Shown here: piece by piece, positions 39,520-39,538 of the stretch
How positions within the stretch are numbered: position 1 is the stretch's first letter
Layout: every line of letters begins with the position of its first letter
NCBI GenBank assembly: GCA_027031685.1
Contig: JALVPS010000223.1
Location: 1 to 39,538, forward strand
Source of the DNA: Gammaproteobacteria bacterium
GTDB taxonomy: Bacteria; Pseudomonadota; Gammaproteobacteria; UWMA-0217
Reading direction: 5' to 3'
Length of the DNA: 39,538 nt
Made by a program: the position numbers and the translations under genes
Notes under the pieces: generated by a model
Databases searched by the model: none
What the model was told of the DNA's origin: nothing
What the model saw: only the letters and a program-made list of their open reading frames with translations

Positions 39520-39538
39520 TCAGCGCAGGGGTTTCACT

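Overview
This GC-rich window is almost entirely one temperate siphovirus-type phage or prophage with a mosaic build.

Layout from left to right:
- 1-2150: + strand flank or accessory genes. These are a truncated PKD/beta-helix protein, a SLATT-like 2TM protein and a small ORF.
- 2201-3051: a visibly AT-richer two-gene cassette, downstream of and co-oriented with a CI-like repressor (the rexAB-like position).
- 3280-8109: a lambdoid switch (cI / cro / terminator / cII-like) and a replication module. The module has a replisome-organizer-like gene carrying a perfect 12-bp tandem repeat, a DnaC-like loader, SSB and RusA.
- 8142-17218: packaging genes plus a Mu-like head module. In order: TerS, TerL, Mor-like regulator, DUF935 portal, MuF protein, gpG-like, protease/scaffold, decoration protein, lambda-E-like capsid.
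- 17748-18945: lysis genes (M15 endolysin, holin, XhlA-like).
- 19162-36237: tail genes. These are connector proteins, tube, G/GT chaperone with a -1 frameshift, tape measure, J-like protein and a 1691-aa repeat fibre.
- 36686-39259: right-arm accessory genes (P22-type antirepressor, hicAB, two small genes).
- 39412-39456: the 3' half of a tRNA-Arg(ACG), which looks like the att core.

No integrase, transposase, cas genes, rRNA or intact tRNA is visible.

Most notable observations:
1. The MuF gene carries an intein. The only endonuclease-like gene sits on the opposite strand, nested inside the intein.
2. A solitary type I-C-like CRISPR repeat lies in the late region, flanked by a 15-nt duplication.
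3. Five small membrane peptides form a family. Three of them sit behind a two-hairpin leader that shows covariation.
4. A perfect 32-nt element precedes two late genes. It shares a GTGACAT motif with repeats flanking the att core.
5. The MuF protein has an ADP-ribosyltransferase-like toxin C-terminus.
6. The fibre has about 50 copies of a 21-22-aa Q-x-H-x-L-A repeat.

All family assignments are motif recognition from memory. No database search was run.
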